The position numbers were made by a program, and so were the translations under genes. 64,000 nucleotides of DNA from Candidatus Binatia bacterium. GTDB taxonomy: Bacteria > Eisenbacteria > RBG-16-71-46 > SZUA-252. Location: the NCBI GenBank assembly GCA_035631035.1, contig DASQJL010000112.1, positions 3,327 to 67,326 on the forward strand, given 5' to 3'. How positions within the stretch are numbered: the stretch's first letter is position 1; each line of letters begins with the position of its first letter. The notes under the pieces were generated by a model, which saw nothing but the letters and a program-made list of their open reading frames with translations, was not told where the DNA came from and did no database searches. Of the stretch, positions 1-7,028 are shown in pieces.

Positions 1-601
1 GCACCACGAGCCCGCCCTGACGCAGCGTCGCGATCAGCGGGGTGAACCCGTCTTCGGGCGTGCTCACCGCGATGCCGGAGCGTTCCTTCAGCTCGCGCAC
101 CGCGCCGTGGAGCAGCGGGTTCCACTGGGTCCCGGTGACCACGTGGACGCGAAAGCCGAGCCGGGCGAGGGCCAGGCCGCCAAGCTCCCAGTTGCCCAGG
201 TGCGATGCCGCGATCACGGCACCCCGTCCCGCGGCCGCGGCCCGGTAGAGGTGCTCGGTCCCCTCGAAGCGGAAGCGCGCGTCCCACGCGCTCGGCGAAA
301 GGCGGCCCTGGCCGAGGAACTCGGCGAGGTGGCGATGATAGGCGCGAAAGACGGACCGCGCGCAGCGCTCCCGGTCCGCGGGGCGCGCGAGCAGGGGATG
401 CCCCGCGCGCGCGATCTCCCGGAGGTTCGCGTGCACCGCTTCGCGCCGCGTCGGGCTCAGGCGGTACTCGAGCGAGGCGACGGCCGCGGAGGCGGCGTTG
501 GCGAACGAGGGTGGAATCCGGCCCGCCAGGCCGAGCGCGATGCGGAGGAGGATGCGGGCGAGTGCCGGCGTTTCTCGTGAGGCGTCGTCGGGGACCGTCA
601 C
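1..601 (-). CDS. Lipid A / lysophospholipid acyltransferase (LpxL/HtrB-like), N-terminal part; gene continues off the left edge
   Basis: The minus-strand frame is open to the window edge and is not in the supplied track. My translation from GTG 601-599 reads VTVPDDASRETPALARILLRIALGLAGRIPPSF...GAVIAASHLGNWELGGLALARLGFRVHVV. It has an N-terminal hydrophobic helix plus the H-x-GNWE acyltransferase motif. Confidence 0.6.
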   Translation of the reverse strand, partial: MTVPDDASRETPALARILLRIALGLAGRIPPSFANAASAAVASLEYRLSPTRREAVHANLREIARAGHPLLARPADRERCARSVFRAYHRHLAEFLGQGRLSPSAWDARFRFEGTEHLYRAAAAGRGAVIAASHLGNWELGGLALARLGFRVHVVTGTQWNPLLHGAVRELKERSGIAVSTPEDGFTPLIATLRQGGLVV

Positions 602-608
602 CGCGGCA

Positions 609-636
609 ACTATAGAAGGCGAATCCGGCCTGTCAA
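609..636 (-). promoter_or_regulatory. Sigma-70-like promoter for the acyltransferase gene, positioned for a (near) leaderless transcript
   Basis: The minus strand reads TTGACA (636-631), 16 nt, TATAGT (614-609). Only 7 nt separate the -10 from GTG 601-599, and there is no Shine-Dalgarno. Confidence 0.4.
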
Positions 637-709
637 GGCGCGCCGGGCGGCGCGGTGTCGCCCGTCCGGGTATCGCCCGTCCGGCGGCGGGCTTCCGAGC
701 CCGAAACAT

Positions 710-738
710 TTGACTCGCCGGGGCGCCCTGACTAGAGT
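710..738 (+). promoter_or_regulatory. Sigma-70-like promoter candidate firing rightwards
   Basis: TTGACT (710-715), 17 nt, TAGAGT (733-738). A transcript from here would be antisense to the 781-981 small ORF and would run toward the 1096 ORF. This is a sequence match only. Confidence 0.3.
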
Positions 739-780
739 GGCGGGGCCTCCCCGCTCAGCACCATGTGGTCGATCGCGCAG

Positions 781-981
781 TCAGGGCGTCGGGTCGTTTT
801 CGCCGCCCGTATTCGGCTCGAAGAGCGCGTCGGCGGTTTCCACGCCGTGCAGGCAAGGACACGCCTCGGCGCGCTGCGCTTCGGGACACGATGCGACCAT
901 GCGATTTTCGCGGCGGCAATAGACTTCGGGGGTCAGCCGCGCGAGGAACCACGGGGCGGTGGAAATCACGGTGCGTTTCAT
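781..981 (-). CDS. Small Cys-containing hypothetical protein (66 aa)
   Basis: These are the last 66 codons of track ORF 781..1215(-). ATG 981-979 is preceded by GGAGGA (991-986) with a 4-nt spacer. Sequence: MKRTVISTAPWFLARLTPEVYCRRENRMVASCPEAQRAEACPCLHGVETADALFEPNTGGENDPTP. It has four Cys spaced C-x9-C-x8-C-x-C. I recognise no family. Confidence 0.45.
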   Translation of the reverse strand: MKRTVISTAPWFLARLTPEVYCRRENRMVASCPEAQRAEACPCLHGVETADALFEPNTGGENDPTP

Positions 982-1095
982 GCGGTCCTCCGGGGCTCGC
1001 TGGGTCTCGAGCCTTGGTCCCGGTGCGATTCCGGCTCCGTTTCGGAGGTTGCATGACGTGTGCCATCGGCGGCTTCCACGGGCAGGGGTGAGGGG

Positions 1096-1509
1096 ATGGC
1101 CAGTCAAAAACTCGTACGCTGCGAGTTGCGGAAACCGGGTGAAGACGCCGGAAGCGTCCGCTACGTCCCTCTGGAGATTTACGGTCTCTGGGAATTCCTG
1201 ATGCGCAACAAGCACCGGTTCGACGTCGCGCGGAGCGTGGCGTCGCTCTGGATCGACGTGGACGAAAACCCCGAGGTGGCCTACGGGGAGAATCAGTACG
1301 AGCGGGTCACCGAGGTGACGCTGCTCCGCTACTCGGAAAGCGACGGCATGTTCAGCAAGGTGAACCGCTATTTTCCGACCCAGGAATGTTCGGAGCTAAA
1401 AAATCTGCTGCTCCGGCACTACGAGTCGGTCCACGAGCCCGGTGCTCCGGGTCTCCAGTTCCGGGAGCGCCAGGGGATCTGGATCCGCCGCGAGGCGAGG
1501 GGGCGCTGA
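1096..1509 (+). CDS. Hypothetical protein (137 aa), divergent from the small Cys protein and upstream of mglA
   Basis: Track ORF 1060..1509. I prefer ATG 1096 (MASQKLVRCELRKPGEDAGSVRYVPLEIYGLWEFLMRNKHRF...). The composition is balanced and non-repetitive, unlike the Arg/Pro/Gly-rich shadow ORFs. I recognise no family, and it does not resemble MglB/Roadblock by eye. Confidence 0.55.
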   Translation: MASQKLVRCELRKPGEDAGSVRYVPLEIYGLWEFLMRNKHRFDVARSVASLWIDVDENPEVAYGENQYERVTEVTLLRYSESDGMFSKVNRYFPTQECSELKNLLLRHYESVHEPGAPGLQFRERQGIWIRREARGR

Positions 1510-1525
1510 CCCTGTAAGCCCTTGC

Positions 1526-1546
1526 GATCGTGCGATCCGCACGATC
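1526..1546. repeat. Perfect 9-bp inverted repeat GATCGTGCG-atc-CGCACGATC
   Basis: Read directly from the sequence, 17 nt after the stop of the 1096-1509 ORF. No U-tract follows. It could be a hairpin or a dimeric protein operator. Confidence 0.5.
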
Positions 1547-1758
1547 CGTACCCCCGCCCGCACGCTCCCCCGGCCGCTTCCGGCCCTCCCGGGCGATCCC
1601 ATGGCCGCGCAATCACTTGCGGCCACGAGGCTCCGCCGGACCATCCTCCTCTCCGGCTCGTCCTGGCACGTCTCGTGCTCATCAGGCCTGCGGCCGGCGC
1701 CAGGACAGGCGACCGCGCCTCGCACCCGAAACGCACATTTCAAGCCGGGAGCCCAGCC

Positions 1759-2925
1759 ATGGTCGTGGTCAGCTATTCGGGACGGGAGATCAACGCCAAG
1801 ATCGTCTACTACGGCCCGGGTCTGAGCGGCAAGACGACCAATCTCGAAAAGATCTACGACAGCGTCCCCGAGTCCAATCGCGGCCGCATGGTTTCCATGA
1901 AGACGCAGACCGACCGGACGCTCTTCTTCGACCTGCTCCCGCTCGATCTGGGCGAGCTGTCGGGCATGAAGACGCGCTTCCTCCTCTACACCGTTCCGGG
2001 CCAGGTCTACTACAACGCCACGCGGAAGCTCGTGCTGAAGGGCGTGGACGCCGTCGTCTTCGTCGCCGACTCCAGTCCCGACAAGATGGCCGAGAACCGG
2101 GAGAGCCTGACCAACCTCGAGCAGAACTTGAAGTCCTACGGCCTCGACCTCAAGACCATCCCGTGGGTGATCCAGTTCAACAAGCGGGACCTTCCGGACG
2201 CGCTCTCCACGGACCAGATGAACAAGGAGCTGAACCGCTGGAACGTTCCGACCTACGAGGCGCAGGCGGCGAACGGGACCGGCGTCTTCGAGACGCTGCG
2301 CGGCGTCTCGAAGCTGCTCCTCTCCAAGATCTCGAAGGACGTCGTGGAGAAGGACAAGGGGCTCGGCGCGCCGCGCGGATCCAAGGCGGAGCCTGCCGCG
2401 GCCGAAGAGCGTCCCGCCAAGCCCGGGATCCTGCAGGCGCTGAAGCGCGGCGGAAAGCCCAAGCCGGAGCCCGAGCCGGCGCAGGAAGCGCCGATGCTCT
2501 CCGAGGACGCCCTCGTCGAGGAGGCGCCGGCGCCGATGTACCTCGAGCGGAACCCGTTCGCGGATCCTCCTCCCGCTTCGATCCCGCCGCCGCGCGAGGA
2601 GATGGTGCTCGGCGATCAGGATCTCGTGGTCGAGCCCGAGGAGCCGCAGATCGTCCGCGCCAAGGACGACGGCATCGTCCGCTCCCGCGACGAGGACGGA
2701 ATCCTGAGCGATGGGGAGATCGAGCGCGAGTCGTCGTACGAGGCGGAGCGCTCCACCGTCTCGTCGGCGGGCGGAAAGTCGATCGTCGTTCCGATCGACC
2801 TGGGTTCGCTCCCGCGCACGGGCCGCCTGCGCGTCACCTTCGAGTTCACGATCGACGTGGTCGACGGCGAGCCGAAAGCGGCCAAGGCGCGGCACACCCA
2901 CATGCGCGACCTCGATCCCGTCTGA
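1759..2925 (+). CDS. mglA: MglA-family Ras-like GTPase with a roughly 190-aa Pro/Glu/Asp-rich C-terminal extension
   Basis: Track ORF 1522..2925, with the start taken at ATG 1759 (GGGAG 7 nt upstream). The first ~195 aa align by eye along their full length with Myxococcus MglA. Matching elements are REINAKIVYYGPGLSGKTTNL (P-loop), QTDRTLFFD (switch I Arg/Thr), YTVPGQVYY (switch II Gln) and QFNKRDLP (NKxD). A long low-complexity tail follows, ending in a short beta-looking segment (KSIVVPIDLGSLPRTGRLRVTFEFTIDVVDG). Confidence 0.85.
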   Translation: MVVVSYSGREINAKIVYYGPGLSGKTTNLEKIYDSVPESNRGRMVSMKTQTDRTLFFDLLPLDLGELSGMKTRFLLYTVPGQVYYNATRKLVLKGVDAVVFVADSSPDKMAENRESLTNLEQNLKSYGLDLKTIPWVIQFNKRDLPDALSTDQMNKELNRWNVPTYEAQAANGTGVFETLRGVSKLLLSKISKDVVEKDKGLGAPRGSKAEPAAAEERPAKPGILQALKRGGKPKPEPEPAQEAPMLSEDALVEEAPAPMYLERNPFADPPPASIPPPREEMVLGDQDLVVEPEEPQIVRAKDDGIVRSRDEDGILSDGEIERESSYEAERSTVSSAGGKSIVVPIDLGSLPRTGRLRVTFEFTIDVVDGEPKAAKARHTHMRDLDPV

Positions 2926-2960
2926 CCGTTCGCGCGCCGCGCGACGAAAAATCGTATACA

Positions 2961-2982
2961 GGCCCGCTCCGCGGGCCTTTTT
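2961..2982 (+). terminator. Rho-independent terminator after mglA
   Basis: GGCCCGC-tcc-GCGGGCC followed by TTTTT(CG), 36 nt after the mglA stop. Confidence 0.75.
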
Positions 2983-2984
2983 CG

Positions 2985-3013
2985 TTGACGGGAACGCGCC
3001 CGATTCCTAGGCT
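2985..3013 (+). promoter_or_regulatory. Sigma-70-like promoter giving a leaderless transcript for the TPR gene
   Basis: TTGACG (2985-2990), 17 nt, TAGGCT (3008-3013). The G of GTG 3020 is the 7th nt after the -10. There is no Shine-Dalgarno. Confidence 0.5.
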
Positions 3014-3019
3014 GCGGCG

Positions 3020-4045
3020 GTGGATCGCGCCATTCCCATCTCCGTCCCCGAAGGAACCCTCGCCGGCGCCGAATCGACGCGGGCCGAGAGCCTCACCGTC
3101 GCCGAGAACCTCGCCCGCGGCGCGGCCGACCCCGAGCACGCGCTTCAGGCGGCGCGCATCTTCTCCCTCGAGGGGCAGCGCGATCGTGCGATCGACATCC
3201 TCCGCCAGGGAACCCTCGCCCATCCGCGGCACGTCGGCCTTCTCGGAACGCTCGCCGATCTCCTCTCCAGGGGCGGAGCCTTCGAGGAGGCGGACCTCGT
3301 CTTCCGGCAGGCGCTGGAGTACGGCCCGGGGGACGCGGATGCGTGGTACCGCGCGGGGCTGCACGGCGCGCGCCAGGGACAGCTCGAGGCGGCCCGCCGC
3401 GCCTATGAAGAGACGGTGCGGCTCGACCCCACGCGCGTGCGCGCCTGGGTGAACCTGGGGCTGGCGCGGGCCGACCTGGGCGATCGCCGCGGCGCGCTCC
3501 AGGCGCTTCTTCGCGCGGTGCAGGCCGATCCCGCGTGCGCCGAGGCGCATTCGAACCTGGGCGTGCTCTATCACGAAGAGGGGATGCGCGCCGAGGCGAT
3601 CGAGTCGTTCCGCCGCTCGGTCGAGCTCGCCCCCGACTCGAGCGAGGCGCACTTCAACCTGGGCTGGGCCCTCCTCGCCGACCAGGAGCTGGAGCAGGCC
3701 GAGACGATGCTCGAGGCCTCGGTTCGGCTCGACCCCGCGAACGTGGAGAGCCTGTACGCGCTGGCGCTCCTCCACATCCGCGTGGGGAAGTACGGCCGCG
3801 CGGTCGGCTCGCTCCGGCAGGCGGTCGAGCACCAGCCCGACGACGCGCGCCTCCACTATCAGCTGGGGGTCGCCTACAACCGCCAGGACGCCGTGGACCA
3901 GGCGATCCTCGCGCTCGAGACCGCCGCGCGGCTGAACCCCGACGATCCCCGCCCGCACCACCTGCTCGGCGTCGCCTACGACAAGAAAGAGCTCCCCGCG
4001 CTGGCGCGCGAGGCCTATCGGCGCGCCGCCGCGCTGAACGGCTGA
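3020..4045 (+). CDS. TPR-repeat protein
   Basis: Track ORF. The frame opens after an in-frame TAG at 3008, so GTG 3020 is the only canonical start. It contains serial 34-aa TPR units, for example AWYRAGLHGARQGQLEAARRAYEETVRLDP, AWVNLGLARADLGDRRGALQALLRAVQADP, AHSNLGVLYHEEGMRAEAIESFRRSVELAP and LHYQLGVAYNRQDAVDQAILALETAARLNP. Confidence 0.85.
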   Translation: MDRAIPISVPEGTLAGAESTRAESLTVAENLARGAADPEHALQAARIFSLEGQRDRAIDILRQGTLAHPRHVGLLGTLADLLSRGGAFEEADLVFRQALEYGPGDADAWYRAGLHGARQGQLEAARRAYEETVRLDPTRVRAWVNLGLARADLGDRRGALQALLRAVQADPACAEAHSNLGVLYHEEGMRAEAIESFRRSVELAPDSSEAHFNLGWALLADQELEQAETMLEASVRLDPANVESLYALALLHIRVGKYGRAVGSLRQAVEHQPDDARLHYQLGVAYNRQDAVDQAILALETAARLNPDDPRPHHLLGVAYDKKELPALAREAYRRAAALNG

Positions 4046-4047
4046 CC

Positions 4048-4848
4048 GTGCCGGGCGTCGGGCGCGCGTTCGATGCGGCCCGGCGCGAGCGCCGCGGCGC
4101 CTTCATCGCCTACCTCGCCTCCGGCTATCCCGACCTCGCGGAATCGGACCGCCTCGCGGGCGCCGCCTGCGAAGCGGGAGCGGACGTGCTGGAGCTGGGG
4201 GTCCCCTTTTCGGATCCCGTCGCGGACGGACCGGTCATCCAGCGCGCGACCCAGATCGCGCTGGAGGGCGGCGCGACGCTCGCGAGCGCGATGCGGCAGG
4301 CCGCCACCCTCCGCGCGGCGCACGGGACCCCGATCGTCCTCATGTCCTACCTGAATCCGATCCATCGCTACGGGGTGTCGCGCTTCGCCCGGGACGCCGC
4401 GGCGTCGGGCGTGGACGGCGTGATCCTGGTGGACCTCCCGCCCGAGGAAGATCCGGAGACGTGGGAAACGATTGTGGAAGCGGGGATCGACACGATCGCG
4501 CTCGCCACCCCGACCACCGCGCCCGCGCGCCTTCCGACCATCGCGGCGCGGGCCCGCGGCTTTCTCTACGTGGTCGCGCGCCTCGGCGTCACCGGCGCGG
4601 GAGGAGCCGATCCCGATACGGCGGCGCTCCTCGATCGGTGCCGCGGGCTATCGCCCCTGCCGCGGGCGATCGGCTTCGGCATGTCGCTCGAGAGCGATCT
4701 CGCGCCGTATCGCGGGCGGGCCGAGGGGGTCATCGTCGGCTCGGGGCTGCTCGAGCCGATGCTGCGCGAGCCGGATGCGGCCGCGCGCGAACGGACGCTC
4801 GTCGAGCACGTCCATGCTTTCCGGATGAAGATGGAGTCCCTGGGATGA
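4048..4848 (+). CDS. trpA: Tryptophan synthase alpha chain
   Basis: This is the C-terminal part of track ORF 3535..4848, starting at in-frame GTG 4048. TrpA blocks present are FIAYLASGYPD, ADVLELGVPFSDPVADGPVIQ, LMSYLNPI, VDGVILVDLPPEE, GFLYVVARLGVTG and GFGMS. Confidence 0.85.
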   Translation: MPGVGRAFDAARRERRGAFIAYLASGYPDLAESDRLAGAACEAGADVLELGVPFSDPVADGPVIQRATQIALEGGATLASAMRQAATLRAAHGTPIVLMSYLNPIHRYGVSRFARDAAASGVDGVILVDLPPEEDPETWETIVEAGIDTIALATPTTAPARLPTIAARARGFLYVVARLGVTGAGGADPDTAALLDRCRGLSPLPRAIGFGMSLESDLAPYRGRAEGVIVGSGLLEPMLREPDAAARERTLVEHVHAFRMKMESLG

Positions 4849-4864
4849 GGGCTGAGAGGCGCGG

Positions 4865-5818
4865 CTAGGGAAGGTTCGAGAGCACCCAGAGGGCCTGACC
4901 GCCGCTGGTCGACACCGTCACGATCCTGGTCTCATCGGGCGACCAGCAGGGGGTGGCCACAACCGAGCCGATGTCGCCGAAGGCAACCGCCTTGAGGCTG
5001 GATGCGGCTCCTGATGGCGAGATGGTCCAGATCCCGGGGCGTCCCGTCCGTTTGTTCGACGCGAACAGAATGCGGGTACCGTCGGAGCTGAACCGGGGTG
5101 TCATGTCGAAGTAGGGCCCGGTCGTCAGCTGAACCGGCGTGCTGTCTCCTGCCGCCAGCGTGAGCATCCAGACGTGCCGGTACGTCGAGCTGTCCGCCGT
5201 GAAGCAAATCCGTTGCCCCGCCGCGTCCCATGCCGCCTCGCCACAGTCCTGCGTCGCGCCTGTGAGGTAAATCTGCTCCGGAGTGGCGACCGTGTAATCG
5301 GGAATCAGGACGAGGCGACCCTTGGCTTGCTGCTGCGTGTACACCAGCCCCGTCGTCCCGGGACGCGGCGCGGGCGAGGTCTCGCTGCCCGCGAACGCGG
5401 TCAGCTGCCGGATCTCATCGGTCGCGAGATTGCGTAACCACAAGTCGTACCCGGTCGTGGAGGACGAGGATCGCAGCCTGTAGATCAGGACCGAGTCGTC
5501 CGCCCACCTCGCCTCCAGCTGGTCCTCCGACGCGCCCTTGGAGAGATAGGTCATGTCCGAGCCGTCCGGCCGGCAGGTGGCGATGTTCGCGTGGGTGCCA
5601 TCGGAGAAGGAGAACGCGATCCGGTCCCCTCGCCAGTCGGGATAGCTGGCCAAGGGGTTCGTCGAGGGGTTCGTGATCCGGCTCCATTGAACGCCCGTAT
5701 TCACGGGGGCCGCGATCTGGCCGGAGTCGCAGCCCACCAGCGTGAGGCTCAGCGCTGCCACCAGCGCCGCTGCGCGCCGCGTCCAGAGCCGCTTTGTGCC
5801 GGGGATCACGCATTCCAT
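4865..5818 (-). CDS. TolB-like / PD40 beta-propeller lipoprotein
   Basis: Track ORF 4865..5845(-). It has a signal peptide with a canonical lipobox (ALSLTLVG|C). Propeller-blade-like repeats recur (CRPDGSDMTYL, RFSSDGTRILFAS, CWSPDETRIVTVS). The start is ambiguous: TTG 5845, ATG 5839 or ATG 5818. Confidence 0.7.
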   Translation of the reverse strand: MECVIPGTKRLWTRRAAALVAALSLTLVGCDSGQIAAPVNTGVQWSRITNPSTNPLASYPDWRGDRIAFSFSDGTHANIATCRPDGSDMTYLSKGASEDQLEARWADDSVLIYRLRSSSSTTGYDLWLRNLATDEIRQLTAFAGSETSPAPRPGTTGLVYTQQQAKGRLVLIPDYTVATPEQIYLTGATQDCGEAAWDAAGQRICFTADSSTYRHVWMLTLAAGDSTPVQLTTGPYFDMTPRFSSDGTRILFASNKRTGRPGIWTISPSGAASSLKAVAFGDIGSVVATPCWSPDETRIVTVSTSGGQALWVLSNLP

Positions 5819-6030
5819 CTTATCAGTGCCAGTGCCCATCCTCAAGGTATCGACAGGTTACGGCGGGTCGTGAGCCCCGAGCGGTGGCTGAATCGAACCG
5901 CTCGGCGGTTCGGGTTTCGCGCCGCCCCTTCCTTGCCGCTTCGCCGCCGCCATCGAGCGACGCGGTGAGGCGCCCGGTCGCCGTACGGTGCCCTTTCGCG
6001 TTCAGATGCCCACCCCCATTGCCGATCACA

Positions 6031-6104
6031 GGAACGAGGTCCGAGCGGCCCCGCGCACGAGGCGCGGCGGTCGTGGCAGGAACCCCGTCCGGCAGGAAGC
6101 CGGA
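6031..6104 (+). promoter_or_regulatory. GGA-rich csrA 5' leader (candidate CsrA autoregulatory sites)
   Basis: GGA triplets lie at 6031, 6079, 6095 and 6102. Three are in the repeated context CAGGAA. The last is in GGAGG next to the ribosome-binding region of csrA (ATG 6119). Confidence 0.35.
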
Positions 6105-6118
6105 GGTGCGAGGGCACG

Positions 6119-6442
6119 ATGCTCCTCTTGACGCGGAAGCTCGGCGAGAACATCCGGATCGGTGACGACGTCAAGATCACCATCGTGGAAGTGAAGGGAA
6201 ACCACGTGAAGCTGGGCATCGACGCGCCTCCGAGCGTGAAGGTGCACCGCGAAGAGATCTACGAGCGGATCCAGCAGGAGAACCGCCGGAATCAGGCCCA
6301 GGCCGCGGCGGGGGCCCAGCCGGGCGCCGCTCCGGGAAGCGCGGGAACGGATGCCTCGCAGTCCGCCAACGGATCGGACAGCGCGCCTCACGCCACGGAG
6401 GGGAAGGGCGATGCGAACGGTGAAGGCGCCTCGCGAGCCTGA
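6119..6442 (+). CDS. csrA: Carbon storage regulator CsrA with Ala/Gly/Gln-rich C-terminal tail
   Basis: [52 protein letters not shown] matches E. coli CsrA ([52 protein letters not shown]) almost position by position. About 50 extra residues follow. Confidence 0.9.
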   Translation: MLLLTRKLGENIRIGDDVKITIVEVKGNHVKLGIDAPPSVKVHREEIYERIQQENRRNQAQAAAGAQPGAAPGSAGTDASQSANGSDSAPHATEGKGDANGEGASRA

Positions 6443-6746
6443 GAGCGAGGAGTGGCTGGTCCGCGGCGAGGAGGTCACCGCGCTCTTCGACTGCGCGCTC
6501 CGCTACGTGGGCGAGGGAAACCGTCCGGTGGCCGAGCGCTCGGTTCTCGAGCTGATGCGCTGCCTGAACTCGGGTGGGCGCGGCGCGGGAGCGCGGGTCC
6601 TGGCGCACTTCGACGCCTGTCTCGCGCAGCTCGAGCGGGGTGATTTCGACGATGCCTTCGAGAATCTCCTGATGCTGAAGGATTCCTGGGTGGAAGCGCT
6701 CGCGGAGCTCCGGAGGGACCGCACCCGTGCCTCAAACATCAACTAA
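6411..6746 (+). CDS. FliS-like helical protein (tentative flagellar export chaperone homologue)
   Basis: Track ORF 6351..6746, with ATG 6411 preceded by GGAGG (6397-6401). By eye its pattern parallels FliS helices: LFDCALRYV versus [18 protein letters not shown] versus [23 protein letters not shown] versus MYDYMYRRLVQAN, and LKDSWVEAL versus FRDAWKQAI. It is shorter than canonical FliS. Confidence 0.4.
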   Translation: MRTVKAPREPESEEWLVRGEEVTALFDCALRYVGEGNRPVAERSVLELMRCLNSGGRGAGARVLAHFDACLAQLERGDFDDAFENLLMLKDSWVEALAELRRDRTRASNIN

Positions 6747-6912
6747 ACGCCGCTCCGAATCGAAGAGCGACCTGCTCGATTCCGAAAGCACCGAAACGCC
6801 GGTGGAGCGCGCCCGTCGCCGCATCCGCCAGGGCTACTACGACCGCCCCGAGGTGCGCCGCACCCTGGCCACGCTCATCCTCCACCGCGCCGCCCGGAAG
6901 AACCTCGCCTGA
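6727..6912 (+). CDS. FlgM-like small protein (tentative anti-sigma-28 factor)
   Basis: Track ORF with a GTG start. The C-terminus VERARRRIRQGYYDRPEVRRTLATLIL resembles the FlgM C-terminal helix motif (..I..G.Y.VD...IA..ML). It overlaps the preceding ORF by 20 nt. Confidence 0.4.
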   Translation: MPQTSTKRRSESKSDLLDSESTETPVERARRRIRQGYYDRPEVRRTLATLILHRAARKNLA

Positions 6913-6918
6913 TTCCGC

Positions 6919-6948
6919 TTGACCCCTCCCGAGGGCCGCTGGTAAAGA
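6919..6948 (+). promoter_or_regulatory. Weak sigma-70-like promoter candidate upstream of the histidine kinase
   Basis: TTGACC (6919-6924), 18 nt, TAAAGA (6943-6948). The spacing is suboptimal. Confidence 0.25.
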
Positions 6949-7028
6949 TGTAGCCGCTCCCGTAACCAGAATCCACAAGCGGAGATTGGCTCAGGGATGA
7001 CGCCGACGATCGGCCTGGACGCCGCTTC

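Noticed and set aside
1396-2901. A 501-aa minus-strand ORF antisense to mglA. Similar long antisense ORFs lie at 8167-9825, 12440-15012, 16563-18242, 19609-21189, 24101-25774, 28896-30275, 34797-36296, 39092-40933 and 56628-58538.
   Set aside because: All overlap + strand genes that have clear family motifs, and all have Arg/Gly/Pro/Ala-rich repetitive translations. None has a convincing RBS plus motif.
4048-4848. trpA without an adjacent trpB
   Set aside because: Dispersed trp genes are common in many phyla. Nothing in the sequence suggests decay or an unusual function.
6021-6028. A sigma-28-type -10 element, GCCGATCA, upstream of csrA
   Set aside because: The corresponding -35 position reads TCAG rather than TAAA. 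I kept it only as a remark in the csrA-leader finding.
6940-6954. A sigma-54-like -24/-12 element, TGGtaaagatgtaGC, upstream of the histidine kinase
   Set aside because: Only the GG and GC dinucleotides and their spacing match. The flanking consensus (TGGCAC / TTGCW) is not met. This is too weak to call.
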